Virus record (IMG/VR): IMGVR_UViG_3300045988_141012 | Length of the DNA: 64,000 nucleotides | Strand: one strand, 5' to 3' | Source of the DNA: a virus | In this document: positions 17,707-27,614 of the stretch, in pieces | How positions within the stretch are numbered: the first letter of the stretch is position 1 | Layout of the letters: each line of letters begins with the position of its first letter | Notes under the pieces: generated by a model | What the model was told of the DNA's origin: nothing | Databases searched by the model: none | What the model saw: the letters and a program-made list of their open reading frames with translations, nothing else | Program-made: the position numbers and the translations under genes

Positions 17707-19326
17707 ATGAAAAAGAAGATTTTAACAATAGATGATTTATATAATTTTTATCTAAATAAAAATAAATCTTGTAATTTCAGTTCGAAAGATACAGGGTATC
17801 AATTATCAGTACAAATTCCAGCGAATTTTGAAGTTGAAGAAACTGAAGATAATTCGTTGCTTTACTGCAAGGTGAAGTTAATGCACTCAGGTTCAAATAG
17901 AAATCGTTCTAATGTTACTGATGATGCGTTAACCAAAGCTTCAAAAACTTTGGCTTATAAGCCGATTTTGGCTAATTTCATGGAATATGTAGATGAAAAA
18001 ACGGGTGAAACATTAAAAGACTTTACATCTCATGATATTACATTTGATGATAATGGCAATCCGATTTATCTTGAAAAGCAAATTGGATGTTTTACTGCTG
18101 ATAAACCTACGTTTGAAGTTGAAGAAAAGACTGGTCATAATTTTTTGTATGGATATTGTGCAATTCCAAGAGAATATACCGATGCTTGTTCAATAATTGA
18201 ACGAAAAGGCGGTACAAAAATCAGTGTTGAATTGGCAGTTAATGAAATGTCTTTTAATGCTTCAACAAAAGAACTTGAATTAACCGATGTTATTATTATG
18301 GGTGCGACATGCTTGGGTAAAAATCCCGATACCTTAGAAGATATTGAAGAGGGAATGAAAAATGCAAGATTAGATATTTCTGATTTTAGTGTTGAAAATA
18401 ATTCTATTAAATTTAATAGAGACGAAGAATTGTTTGAACTTTTAGAGAGTCTTAAAGATACGCTTTCTAAATTCAATAAAGAGCAAATTGCTCACCATAA
18501 TTCAAAGGAAGGAGGAGTAAATAACAAGATGACAAAATTTGAAGAACTGCTTGCTAAATATGGCAAGACTGCTGAAGATGTGACGTTTGATTATGAGGGA
18601 ATGGCAGATAAAGAACTTGAAGTAAAGTTTGCAGAGATGTTCGATGATAATTCGGACAATGAAGATTCTGAAAATCCTTCCAATGATAATAAAGATGAAA
18701 GACAGAAGTTTGAAAAGATTGTTCGCACATATGAGATTTCTCATGATGATATACGATATGCTTTATATCAGCTTTTGTCCGAGTTTGAATCTGCCGACAA
18801 TGATTGGTATTTTATTAGTGCTGTTTATGACAATCATTTTACATACGAGAATTGGGATGGCAATAAGATTTTCGGTCAGAATTATACAAAAGATGGTGAT
18901 AATGTTGCTTTTGACGGCGAAAGATATAACTTACATCGTGAATTTTTGACTGACAGTGAATTTGCAGAGTTGCAGTCTATGCGTTCAAATTATGCAGCGT
19001 TGGTAGACTTTAAAAATGAAACTGATGCCAAAGAACTTCATTCTCAAAGAGAAAAAGTCTTGACTGATAAAGCATATGAAATCATTTCTGCAAAAGACGA
19101 TGAGGGTAATTTTATTAATGAATCTTTTGCGAAACTATATGAGAATATGGATAAATATTCTCCTGAAGACCTTATAAAAGAAGTTAAAATTCTTGTTGGA
19201 GAATATGCTTTGCAAGGCGGAGATGTTGAAACAAAAGTAGAAAAGAAATCTGCTGTCAAACATTTTTCTAATCCAAATGGTAATGAAAAAAAGACAAGTA
19301 AATATGGTACATTAAAATTCAAATAA
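17707..19326 (+). CDS. head morphogenesis protein (scaffold and/or prohead protease), acidic middle region
   Basis: 539 aa between the portal and capsid genes; good SD (AAAGGAGGA). Confidence 0.4.
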   Translation: MKKKILTIDDLYNFYLNKNKSCNFSSKDTGYQLSVQIPANFEVEETEDNSLLYCKVKLMHSGSNRNRSNVTDDALTKASKTLAYKPILANFMEYVDEKTGETLKDFTSHDITFDDNGNPIYLEKQIGCFTADKPTFEVEEKTGHNFLYGYCAIPREYTDACSIIERKGGTKISVELAVNEMSFNASTKELELTDVIIMGATCLGKNPDTLEDIEEGMKNARLDISDFSVENNSIKFNRDEELFELLESLKDTLSKFNKEQIAHHNSKEGGVNNKMTKFEELLAKYGKTAEDVTFDYEGMADKELEVKFAEMFDDNSDNEDSENPSNDNKDERQKFEKIVRTYEISHDDIRYALYQLLSEFESADNDWYFISAVYDNHFTYENWDGNKIFGQNYTKDGDNVAFDGERYNLHREFLTDSEFAELQSMRSNYAALVDFKNETDAKELHSQREKVLTDKAYEIISAKDDEGNFINESFAKLYENMDKYSPEDLIKEVKILVGEYALQGGDVETKVEKKSAVKHFSNPNGNEKKTSKYGTLKFK

Positions 19327-19334
19327 TATTCGCT

Positions 19335-19382
19335 CTCTCGAATTGATATGCACTTGCGTATCCGTTCGAGGGTGTTTTTTTT
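19335..19382 (+). terminator. intrinsic terminator
   Basis: CTCTCGAA (19335-19342) pairs with TTCGAGGG (19365-19372), followed by T8. Confidence 0.55.
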
Positions 19383-19394
19383 ATGTAAAAAATT
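19375..19394 (+). promoter_or_regulatory. T-run + TTATGTAAAAAAT (variant of the recurrent motif)
   Basis: Sits between the terminator and the SD of 19412. Confidence 0.25.
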
Positions 19395-19411
19395 AAGAGG
19401 AGGAAATAAAA

Positions 19412-19888
19412 ATGGCAAACATGAGCATTAAATATGAGATTGCAAAACATGCCACTGCAAACCCATCAAATGTATTGTCTGGTGGTACATACGGCGGTCA
19501 TATGTTTTCAATCCTTTTGGGCAGCGACACAGACAATGGTAATTTGATAGCCGTTGGAGATTGGGATAGTCTTGACCTATTTAAGGAGGCTGCTGTTACT
19601 AAATTTGAAGGAAAGATTGTAGAGAAGATGGGTAATGGTAATTATCTTGTATTGGTTACTGACCCTGGTGATGCAGTTTTGGTATATCAAGTTCCAGTAG
19701 GTGCAGAAGAATGGACAAATGAATGGAAGAAAGAAAGCAACCTATATAACAAGACTGGTGATATAGTTCGTTGTTATGGTTTGGTGAAGTATGATCGCTT
19801 TGAAGTTTCTGCTGAAGGCTTCAACGGTACACCAGAAGTTGGTTCTTCGATTACAGGCGTAGCTAATAAGAAGCTAACAGTAGCCTAA
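19412..19888 (+). CDS. head-associated hypothetical protein (158 aa)
   Basis: Strong SD GAGGAGG; lies immediately upstream of the capsid gene. Confidence 0.5.
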   Translation: MANMSIKYEIAKHATANPSNVLSGGTYGGHMFSILLGSDTDNGNLIAVGDWDSLDLFKEAAVTKFEGKIVEKMGNGNYLVLVTDPGDAVLVYQVPVGAEEWTNEWKKESNLYNKTGDIVRCYGLVKYDRFEVSAEGFNGTPEVGSSITGVANKKLTVA

Positions 19889-19911
19889 TAAAAGCAAAGG
19901 AGGTTAAATAA

Positions 19912-20367
19912 ATGCGAATTTCAGATAATTTAACAAGAGTATTTTCAAAGCCTGAAAATGATTATGAAGGTTTTAAAAGCTTTTTGTATGACTATACACA
20001 TGGTATTCAGATATTTGATGAAGATGGTAATAAGGTAAGTTCTGCGCAAGCAAATGAAAAGATTAATAAAGTTTGTTTGGATATTCTCGGTTTTGACGAA
20101 GGATATAAACCAAGCAAAAGAGAGATAAAGAGAGCCATGAGAAGAAATGGTATTGAACTTATGGAAGTTCTTGAAGAAGCCATTGATTTCAAAGTTGAAA
20201 CTGGTTTTCAGGATAATGAATTCTTTAATAATTTTGTTGAAAGCAAAAATATTGCAAATGGCGACCGAAACGAATATTGGGTTAAGAACAACGATGTCAT
20301 CCTTACTGTTGCCAAGGTTTCGGGTGACCACCATGACCTTAATTATTGTAGGGTCTGCATAGCGTAA
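19912..20367 (+). CDS. major capsid protein, 5' exon (ORF reads through to 20367; predicted splice donor after U20339)
   Basis: SD AAAGGAGG. The ORF is truncated by the intron. Exon end GACCU (20335-20339) pairs with GGGUC (20351-20355), giving a U.G at the splice site. Confidence 0.7.
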   Translation: MRISDNLTRVFSKPENDYEGFKSFLYDYTHGIQIFDEDGNKVSSAQANEKINKVCLDILGFDEGYKPSKREIKRAMRRNGIELMEVLEEAIDFKVETGFQDNEFFNNFVESKNIANGDRNEYWVKNNDVILTVAKVSGDHHDLNYCRVCIA

Positions 20368-20389
20368 GCTGTGTATAAATACTGCATTT

Positions 20390-20558
20390 AATTGCTGGAA
20401 ATTCCTAAAGCTATTCAAACTACAACGTAATATCTTAAAAGATATAAGCGTGAATGTTACGAAAGTAGAAAAAATTGAATAGATGGTGCAAGGTTAAATC
20501 CTAAACACTTTAATAATGGATAATCAGCAGCTAAGACCGAAAGGTAAAGTTCAACGAC
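20390..20558 (+). repeat. 169-nt intron-core repeat, copy A (4 mismatches to 45506-45674)
   Basis: AATTGCTGGAAATTCCTAAAGCTATTC...GGTAAAGTTCAACGAC, aligned by eye against copy B. Confidence 0.9.
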
Positions 20559-20767
20559 TATCCCCGAAAGGGACGTAAAGTACGTCAACAGGAGTACGGC
20601 TCAAGCGAGTGGGTGAAACCCCCTTAAATGGAAATGGTGCGATCCTTTAAATAGGATAAAGATATAGTCTGTTCTCATATGAAAATATGAGGAGTTTAAA
20701 CTCAACTGGGAGTAGCGTCCCAATAAAATTATTTTCCGAAATACAATAATAAAAGCGAGATGAATAA

Positions 20768-21481
20768 ATGTATAAAGATATTATATCTGGTATTTATTGC
20801 ATCGAAAATATAATAACAAATAAAAAATACATTGGACAATCAATAAATATCAAGGATAGATGGAGTAAGCATAAAAGCGAATTAAATCATCAAACGCATG
20901 ATAATGATTATCTTCAAAAAGCATGGGATAAATATGGTGAAAACAATTTTAAATTTTATATTATAGAACGTTGCAACATTGAAGATTTAGATGAAAAAGA
21001 AATATATTATATTGAATATTACAATACCCTTAATAGAAATTATGGATACAATTTAAAATCTGGAGGGCAATGTAACGGTTCTCAAGTAACGGATTATGTA
21101 AAAGAACAGCTTAGTAAAGCTTTAAAAAAGACATATGCCAATAATGAAGAAATTAGAGAAATGCGTAGAAAAGCTGCTTTGGCTCAATGGTCTAATCCAG
21201 AGATTAAAGCAAAAATATTAAAAGAAAACAATGGTATGTATGGCAAACATCATACCGCCGAGGCAAAAAAGAAAATAAGCGAAAAAAGAATGGGTAAACC
21301 ATCACCACATAGGAATACAACTCCTGTTTTATGTGTCGAGTTAAATAAAACTTTTCAAGATGCAGTGACAGCTTGTGAAAAACTTGGATTGAAAAAGACT
21401 AGTACAGGTAGTATTCTTCAAGTTTGTCGTCATGAACGAAAAACTTGCGGTGGTTTTCATTGGGAATTTATCGGAAAATAA
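20768..21481 (+). CDS. GIY-YIG homing endonuclease (I-TevI-like, NUMOD-type repeats)
   Basis: GIYCIENIITNKKYIGQSINIKDRWSKHK...YIIERC...EKEIYYIEYYNT...YNLKSGG, plus MYGKHHTAEAKKKISEKRMGK repeats. It lies inside the intron. Confidence 0.9.
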   Translation: MYKDIISGIYCIENIITNKKYIGQSINIKDRWSKHKSELNHQTHDNDYLQKAWDKYGENNFKFYIIERCNIEDLDEKEIYYIEYYNTLNRNYGYNLKSGGQCNGSQVTDYVKEQLSKALKKTYANNEEIREMRRKAALAQWSNPEIKAKILKENNGMYGKHHTAEAKKKISEKRMGKPSPHRNTTPVLCVELNKTFQDAVTACEKLGLKKTSTGSILQVCRHERKTCGGFHWEFIGK

Positions 21482-21503
21482 TATAAGTTAAACAAAAAGT
21501 ACA

Positions 21504-22184
21504 ATGCAAAAATTGGCAGAAGGTCAGAGTTTTTCTGTTCAAACTTCTAATTATGCAATAAAAGTTGGAATGGATATTGATGTTTATCTTTTGGGTAGAA
21601 AAGATTGGTCTGAATTTGTTGACGCAATTTCAGTGGCTTTTCAAGAGGAAGTTCAAATGGATATGTTTACTTCTTTTATAGAAGCAGATAATAAGCTACC
21701 GACACAAGATAAGTTTGTAATTACAGATGAGTTGACAAAAGAAAATAAAAGCAAGTTTGATGAACTAATTGAAGATGTCGAAGCTGCAAATGCTGGAGCA
21801 GATGTTGTAATCCTTGGACTAAAATCAGATCTACAAAAGCTTGAAAGACTTCAAGATGTAGATTGGATTGCTGATAGTCAGAAAGAAGAAAGAGCAAGAC
21901 TTGGTAGACTTGGTTCATATGGAGTTACTACACTTGTAGAAATTCCACAAAGATTTGCAAAGAACGATGTTACAAAGAAACTTATTAAGCCAGGTAAGTT
22001 GTATATTATGCCTAATGTTGATAATAAATTTGTTAAGTTCACTGATGTTGGTGAGACAGAAATTATCGAAGTGTCTGAAAAGGGTGAAAGACAAGATGAC
22101 TTCCAGACATATGAAGTTCAACGTGAAATGGGCATTGCTGTAATTTTGGACAAGTACCACGGTGTCTTTAATATTGCAAACTAA
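21504..22184 (+). CDS. major capsid protein, 3' exon (predicted exon starts at 21500)
   Basis: The frame is open back to 21492 and there is no SD before ATG 21504. The sequence continues the exon 1 protein. Confidence 0.7.
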   Translation: MQKLAEGQSFSVQTSNYAIKVGMDIDVYLLGRKDWSEFVDAISVAFQEEVQMDMFTSFIEADNKLPTQDKFVITDELTKENKSKFDELIEDVEAANAGADVVILGLKSDLQKLERLQDVDWIADSQKEERARLGRLGSYGVTTLVEIPQRFAKNDVTKKLIKPGKLYIMPNVDNKFVKFTDVGETEIIEVSEKGERQDDFQTYEVQREMGIAVILDKYHGVFNIAN

Positions 22185-22217
22185 TATATATGGACAGAGT
22201 AAAAGGAGATTTGATTA

Positions 22218-22811
22218 ATGGCATATACAAAAAAAGTTGTTACAGAAAAGAAAACAGAAGAAACTGCTGACCAACCAGTTAACACTGAAACAACCAAAGA
22301 AGTTGAAGAAAAAGTAGTGGAAAAGGTTGTTGAAAAGAAGAAAAGAGTTTTCAAAGACTCTGACCCTATTCTATGTATGTCTATAACACCCGGTCAACTT
22401 GGTATGTTTGGGTTAAAAACAAATATTCATTACAGTTGGGCTGCTCGTGGAGATGAAACTGAAGTGGAATATCAAGATTTGGTTGCTGCTATTCGTTCAG
22501 GTAAAAAGCATATTACTGAACCATATTTCATCATCAAAGATGATGATTTCTTGGAGGCTTTTCCTAATGTAAAAAAATTATATGGGGACATGTATTCTAT
22601 TAAGGATTTAAGAAGTGTAATTACTGATTTGGACGCAAACAGTATGAAATTGACAATCAATTCATTACCTTCGGGAGCAAAGGAATCTATCAAGAATATA
22701 GTTTCATCAATGATTATGAATGGTCAGATAGATAGTGTTTCAAAGATAAAAACTTTAGACGAAATATACGATACAAAGTTTATGACAATGACTGAATTGT
22801 ATGGAGATTAA
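22218..22811 (+). CDS. hypothetical head-associated protein (197 aa)
   Basis: SD AAAAGGAGA; lysine/glutamate-rich N-terminus. Confidence 0.5.
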   Translation: MAYTKKVVTEKKTEETADQPVNTETTKEVEEKVVEKVVEKKKRVFKDSDPILCMSITPGQLGMFGLKTNIHYSWAARGDETEVEYQDLVAAIRSGKKHITEPYFIIKDDDFLEAFPNVKKLYGDMYSIKDLRSVITDLDANSMKLTINSLPSGAKESIKNIVSSMIMNGQIDSVSKIKTLDEIYDTKFMTMTELYGD

Positions 22812-22822
22812 GGAGGTGCGAG

Positions 22823-23281
22823 ATGACATCTTCTTATGAAGATATATATTCTCGTTTCCTACAAAAATGCACAGATTATGATTTTATAGAATTAGACGAA
22901 GAAACTGTTTATGACAATATGGAAGGGTGGTTACATTCAGTTGCCTCCCTCCCCTATGTTCGTGTTAAATTTAAAACATTTAGTCTTAATGATGAAGTGT
23001 TAAAAATGAATTGGGAGTTAAAAAATTCTATAGACGATAATTCTGACGAATTATTTGTCATTGAAGTATTTGCACAAGGAATGATTATTCAATGGTTAGA
23101 GCCTAAAGTAAAATCAATTCTAAATGTAAAACAATTTTTTGGTGGTAAAGAAGAAAAATTTTATTCCCAAGCAAATCATTTAAATGAATTGCGTTCATTG
23201 TTGTCAGACGCTAATATATCTTTAAGAAAACTTCTTAGAGACCACGGATATATTATTAATTCATATATAAGCGAGGAATAG
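22823..23281 (+). CDS. head-tail connector/adaptor candidate (152 aa)
   Basis: SD AAGGAGG; assignment rests on position after the capsid gene. Confidence 0.4.
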   Translation: MTSSYEDIYSRFLQKCTDYDFIELDEETVYDNMEGWLHSVASLPYVRVKFKTFSLNDEVLKMNWELKNSIDDNSDELFVIEVFAQGMIIQWLEPKVKSILNVKQFFGGKEEKFYSQANHLNELRSLLSDANISLRKLLRDHGYIINSYISEE

Positions 23282-23285
23282 TGTC

Positions 23286-23618
23286 ATGCAACATAAATAC
23301 GGTTATTTTTCACAACGACAAATAGATTTAACAAAACAGTCTATTCGTAAATCTATATTTTTCTTATTGTTATGTGCAGATCCAAATACGAAACAAGAAT
23401 ATCAATACATAAATGTTAATGAGGCTTTTGTCAACTTATTGAATAGGTTGGGTGGATTAAACAAGCTTTTATATGAACCGTCAGAACTTGTAACAATTAT
23501 GAGTTTACTTGAACAAGCTTTGTCTCTATATGATGAAAAAGATTTTAATTTTAAATTGTATAGAAAGCTTTTACTGGATGCCGGCTCAGAAGTTTTGAAA
23601 ATCAAGGGCGGTGATTAA
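23286..23618 (+). CDS. hypothetical virion protein (110 aa)
   Basis: Tightly packed in the structural operon. Confidence 0.45.
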   Translation: MQHKYGYFSQRQIDLTKQSIRKSIFFLLLCADPNTKQEYQYINVNEAFVNLLNRLGGLNKLLYEPSELVTIMSLLEQALSLYDEKDFNFKLYRKLLLDAGSEVLKIKGGD

Positions 23619-24857
23619 GTGCTGTCTTTAGACTTATATAAAAGAACTCATTTGCGTAATGGAGCTCTTACAAACGGGCAAGTCCGAAAGCGTCAATCGG
23701 ATATGATTGAAGAACAGACTTGGTTTGAAGATATACAAAGTAGAAAATGTTATATTTATGATTATTTTCATGATGATAATAGTCATTTAAACCAAGGTAT
23801 GGACTATTCTTCAACTTCTAAGACACCCATAGACGCAAAATTCATTGTTACTCAATATGGAACATTGTCAAAAGACCAAGTTGAGTATCATTTACAACTT
23901 CGTCCGAGCCAGAAATTAAAATTTAATGAGGGTGACGATTTATATTATTATGAAGAAAATTTTACAAATAAATATGGAGCAACCTTCCCTATTGGTTTGT
24001 ATTGTGATATTCCTGATGATAATGGAGTATATCACAAATGGCTTATTTGTTCAAAAGAGGTCGGAAATCAATTCATAAAATATAGTGTATTGCCTTGTAA
24101 TTATTATTTCCATTGGATTGAAGTTCAAAACAATAAACGCATTAAACGCAAAATGTGGGGCGTTACAAGAAATCAAAATTCATATAATAGTGGATTGTGG
24201 TCTAACTATGTCTATACTACTATTGAAAATCAGAATATGGCTTGGTTGCCTATGAACAGTATAACCGAGAAATTATATTATACTCATTCTGATGATAAAA
24301 ATAGTAATCAACGCATAGTAATGAGTGCTCCGATTGATGTTCCGATTGTTTGGAAAATCAGTAAAGTTGAAACTACTCAACCTTTTGGTCTTCAAAAGCT
24401 TACATTGTATCAAGATGTTTGGAAACCTTTTGCTGATTATATAGATAAAGAAGACAAAGATGACATTTTTGCAATGTATGCAGACTATTATTCAACCAAC
24501 ATTGAACCAGAGACTACTGAAGATAATAGTTCAAATAAAATTCAAATTTCATGTAATACCAACACTATTAAAGCAGGTGGTAGTTATAAACTTTTAAAAG
24601 TTGCTATTTTTGATAGTTCGGGTACTGATATAACGAATAAATATTTGGACAAATTCTCAATAGATTGTTGGAGATGTTATTTGAATGATGAAGATATAAC
24701 AAATTCGGATTTAATTACTTGGCTTGAACAACCAAGTAAAAATCATATAAAAATAAAATTCTCTAATGATAGAACTTATCTTGCTGATAAATTAAATATT
24801 GAATGCAATATTGAAACATTGGTAGGTAAGATTCAATTAGAGATTATTGCATTATAA
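23619..24857 (+). CDS. hypothetical virion protein (412 aa)
   Basis: GTG start abuts the previous stop. Confidence 0.5.
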   Translation: MLSLDLYKRTHLRNGALTNGQVRKRQSDMIEEQTWFEDIQSRKCYIYDYFHDDNSHLNQGMDYSSTSKTPIDAKFIVTQYGTLSKDQVEYHLQLRPSQKLKFNEGDDLYYYEENFTNKYGATFPIGLYCDIPDDNGVYHKWLICSKEVGNQFIKYSVLPCNYYFHWIEVQNNKRIKRKMWGVTRNQNSYNSGLWSNYVYTTIENQNMAWLPMNSITEKLYYTHSDDKNSNQRIVMSAPIDVPIVWKISKVETTQPFGLQKLTLYQDVWKPFADYIDKEDKDDIFAMYADYYSTNIEPETTEDNSSNKIQISCNTNTIKAGGSYKLLKVAIFDSSGTDITNKYLDKFSIDCWRCYLNDEDITNSDLITWLEQPSKNHIKIKFSNDRTYLADKLNIECNIETLVGKIQLEIIAL

Positions 24858-24866
24858 GGAGGACAA

Positions 24867-25475
24867 ATGGCAGAACAAATACTTACTCAAAAAGAATTAA
24901 TTGTGGAATTAGCCAATTATGCTTGTACTCCTGACTACGATAACATAAGATTTAAAGAAAAAATAAAACAAAAGCTGTTGAATAACGTTGCTTTGCTATA
25001 TGCATTACATGATGTAAATAAAGAAAGCGAATTATTCGAAAATGGAAATATAAATTATGACGGTGATTGGAGTCTATATTTTGGAGATAACATTCGTCCC
25101 TATTTATTTATTCCAGAATCTCAATCTGAATCTAAGAATTTTTTGTGTTATGATGTGAGTTTTTCTGAAACGCCGAAGTATAACGGTATTGAAAAATATT
25201 GCAATGTCGTATTTACGGTTTTGTGTAATAACAAAGATGCTATTGATAAAAATACAGGCATTCCTCGCCATGATTTAATCGGTGGTATTTTATGTAGGCA
25301 TTTTAATTGGTCGAATATCTTCGGTAATCAATGCAAACTCGTCAAAGACCAAAGTTCAGTCACTGACACAAACTTCATTACTCGAACTCTTATTTTTGAA
25401 TTTACTACAACAAATTCAATCACTCATACTGTTAATAATACTACAAGAATTATTAATAACGAGGTTTATACATAA
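24867..25475 (+). CDS. hypothetical virion protein (202 aa)
   Basis: SD AAGGAGGA. Confidence 0.5.
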   Translation: MAEQILTQKELIVELANYACTPDYDNIRFKEKIKQKLLNNVALLYALHDVNKESELFENGNINYDGDWSLYFGDNIRPYLFIPESQSESKNFLCYDVSFSETPKYNGIEKYCNVVFTVLCNNKDAIDKNTGIPRHDLIGGILCRHFNWSNIFGNQCKLVKDQSSVTDTNFITRTLIFEFTTTNSITHTVNNTTRIINNEVYT

Positions 25476-26254
25476 TGGGTAAACAAACTGAGTTTCAGTA
25501 TGATGAGTTACAAATGTTTTTTGGCGATGATTATAAAGTAAGTGATTATATTACTATACATCAACCAACTGTCGGTGAGATTATGGAGTTTGGTGAAAGA
25601 AGATATTATTCTATGCTAACTCAATTATGTGCAATTCCAAGTGATATGAAAAGTACATTATGGGATGTGCTTGAGGTTGACTGGAATAAGATGTCTGATT
25701 TTGAGTTATTTGCATTTAATTGTCATTCTTTAAGACCGCAAGATACATCAATTATATTAGGTGATTTAGACCTTTCTACATACACACATTCAGTAAAAGA
25801 TAAAGAAAATGATGAATTTGCATTACTACAGTGCAGTCAAGCTGACGAAAATTCCCCACCCGAAATAACCGGTATAATTACTGAAAGTGATTATTATAAT
25901 ATGGTGGGTTATTTGCGAAAATTGCACGGATTCACAATAAAGCGAGAAAAGGCAAGGAATCGTATTACTCGTGATGTTATGATTGAAGAAGACAGACAAA
26001 AAATAGAACTTAGTAAAAATAAATCTTATGTTTCACAACTCAAAAACTTAATATCTGCAATGTTGACGTATCCTGGTTTTAAATATAAAAAATCAGAATT
26101 ACGAGAATGTGGGATATATGAGTTTATGGACGCTGTTCAACGTTCACAGATATATGTATCTACAGACGCTTTGCTTCATGGAATGTATAGCGGAATGATA
26201 GATACAAAGAAAATAAATAAAAAACAATTTAATTGGATGAGAGACGTTTCATAA
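25475..26254 (+). CDS. hypothetical virion protein (259 aa)
   Basis: ATG overlaps the previous stop (TAATG). Confidence 0.5.
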   Translation: MGKQTEFQYDELQMFFGDDYKVSDYITIHQPTVGEIMEFGERRYYSMLTQLCAIPSDMKSTLWDVLEVDWNKMSDFELFAFNCHSLRPQDTSIILGDLDLSTYTHSVKDKENDEFALLQCSQADENSPPEITGIITESDYYNMVGYLRKLHGFTIKREKARNRITRDVMIEEDRQKIELSKNKSYVSQLKNLISAMLTYPGFKYKKSELRECGIYEFMDAVQRSQIYVSTDALLHGMYSGMIDTKKINKKQFNWMRDVS

Positions 26255-26264
26255 CGTCTTTTTT
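26242..26264 (+). terminator. intrinsic terminator
   Basis: AGACGT-TTCATA-ACGTCT followed by TTTTTT. Confidence 0.55.
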
Positions 26265-26277
26265 ATTGCAAATTTTT
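26265..26277 (+). promoter_or_regulatory. ATTGCAAATTTTT (variant copy of the recurrent motif)
   Basis: Lies directly between the terminator T-run and the SD of the major tail gene. Confidence 0.3.
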
Positions 26278-26289
26278 AGGAGGTAAATT

Positions 26290-27102
26290 ATGGCTATTCA
26301 ATTTGAAGATTTAATTATTGCCCGCCCACTACAAGGTATATTTGAAAATTCACTTGGTGACATTATTGGCGGTGTTAATCAGCTACAAAATGTTTCTATT
26401 GAAACAACATCAGAAACAAAAGATAAAACAGATGCTGTTGGTGCTCTAATTATGAGATTCTTTACATCAAAGTCTGTTGAAATATCTGCTGAAAATGCAG
26501 TATTCTCAACATCTCTTGCAGCTCTTCAGTTTGGTCAAGATAAAGAAATTGCATCAAACAGCAATAAGATTCTTATGCCGAGAATTTTTACAATCAATAC
26601 TGATACTATTGCTCTTACAGGTACAAATAAGGAATATCAACTTCCTGACGTACCAGCTGGCGGTGTTGTTCATATTAATGGACTAACAAATACAGGTGTT
26701 CCTGATCCGAATAAGAAGTATAAGATGAACACAGCTGCATCTGAAACAGAATTTACGCTTTCAGAAAAGAAGCTTACTCTTCCGACTGATATTACAGGTA
26801 AAATTCAAATTAAGTATGATAGAGAAGTTGAAAGCGGTATCAAGCTTACTCAAGCTGCTGACAAGTTCCCTAAGACATGTAAGTTTACTCTTTCGGTTCT
26901 TGTTGCAGACCCTTGCGACAAGGAAACGCTTCGTCACGCTTATATTGTGTTCCCTTCATTCCAAATGTCACCAGATAATACAATCAGCCTAAACACTGAA
27001 GATACTCAATCATTCTCAGGTTCGGCTCAAAAGGATTATTGTGGTGCTAATGGTGAAATGTTTACAATATATCTATCAGAGGATGATATTGAAGAAAACT
27101 AA
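26290..27102 (+). CDS. major tail (tube) protein candidate
   Basis: 270 aa with strong SD AGGAGG, bracketed by terminators (a typical high-expression unit), upstream of the tape measure. Confidence 0.5.
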   Translation: MAIQFEDLIIARPLQGIFENSLGDIIGGVNQLQNVSIETTSETKDKTDAVGALIMRFFTSKSVEISAENAVFSTSLAALQFGQDKEIASNSNKILMPRIFTINTDTIALTGTNKEYQLPDVPAGGVVHINGLTNTGVPDPNKKYKMNTAASETEFTLSEKKLTLPTDITGKIQIKYDREVESGIKLTQAADKFPKTCKFTLSVLVADPCDKETLRHAYIVFPSFQMSPDNTISLNTEDTQSFSGSAQKDYCGANGEMFTIYLSEDDIEEN

Positions 27103-27114
27103 TTAAAACGTATG

Positions 27115-27150
27115 TATAGAGGGTGGAGTTCTACCCTCTATATTACTTTA
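27115..27150 (+). terminator. intrinsic terminator
   Basis: TATAGAGGGT (27115-27124) pairs with ACCCTCTATA (27133-27142), followed by a T-rich tail. Confidence 0.55.
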
Positions 27151-27165
27151 GAAAGGAGACTTTCA

Positions 27166-27564
27166 ATGGCAAACAGAGTTTGTGTTTTGTGTGGAGCAAA
27201 ATATGATTACTGTCCCAATTGTGATGCAGACAAGGGCAAGCCTATATGGATGACTTGTTGGGATAAGGCAGAATGTCACGATATTTGGGCGGTATTATCG
27301 GGTTACAATTCCCACGACAAAACAGCAAAAGATGTAGTAGATGTTTTGGATAAATATAATGTAACCGACTTCACTAAATATGGTGGTCAAATTGAAGCTG
27401 ACTTAAAAGCTATAGTAAAAGAAGTTAAAGGTACAAAAACGACAAAAGCAAAAAGTTCAAAGAATGTAGCTACTTCGGAGGAAAAGACTGATGAGGTAGT
27501 TAAAGAAAATATGAAAGATAAAAAGATAGTGAATAGTGATTTAGAAACCAATATAGGGGCGTAG
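27166..27564 (+). CDS. zinc-finger protein (132 aa)
   Basis: ATG 27166 follows AAAGGAGA. Contains CVLCGAKYDYCPNC. The track start at 27112 lies inside the terminator. Confidence 0.55.
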   Translation: MANRVCVLCGAKYDYCPNCDADKGKPIWMTCWDKAECHDIWAVLSGYNSHDKTAKDVVDVLDKYNVTDFTKYGGQIEADLKAIVKEVKGTKTTKAKSSKNVATSEEKTDEVVKENMKDKKIVNSDLETNIGA

Positions 27565-27591
27565 ATTTCACTATCTACCCCCCTATTTTTT
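27553..27591 (+). terminator. intrinsic terminator
   Basis: ATAGGGGCGTAGA pairs with TCTACCCCCCTAT, followed by TTTTT. Confidence 0.6.
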
Positions 27592-27614
27592 ACGCTTGAG
27601 AAAAAGGAGAAAAT

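Larger units (their letters stand above)
20340..21499 (+). mobile_element. group I intron (T4 td-like, IA-type) carrying a GIY-YIG homing endonuclease gene
   Basis: It begins UAAUUAUUGUAGGGUC (td begins UAAUUGAGGCC). The core AACGACUAUCCC...GGGACGUAAAGUACGUCAAC...AAAGAUAUAGUCUG (20552-20672) resembles the td 3' core. Terminal G is 21499. Joining 20339 to 21500 restores the frame as one 370-aa protein. Confidence 0.75.

Noticed and set aside
19945-20418. 157-aa minus-strand ORF, plus 20007-20192 (-) and 20147-20362 (+)
   Set aside because: These overlap capsid exon 1 and the intron 5' end in alternative frames, and they have no ribosome-binding sites.
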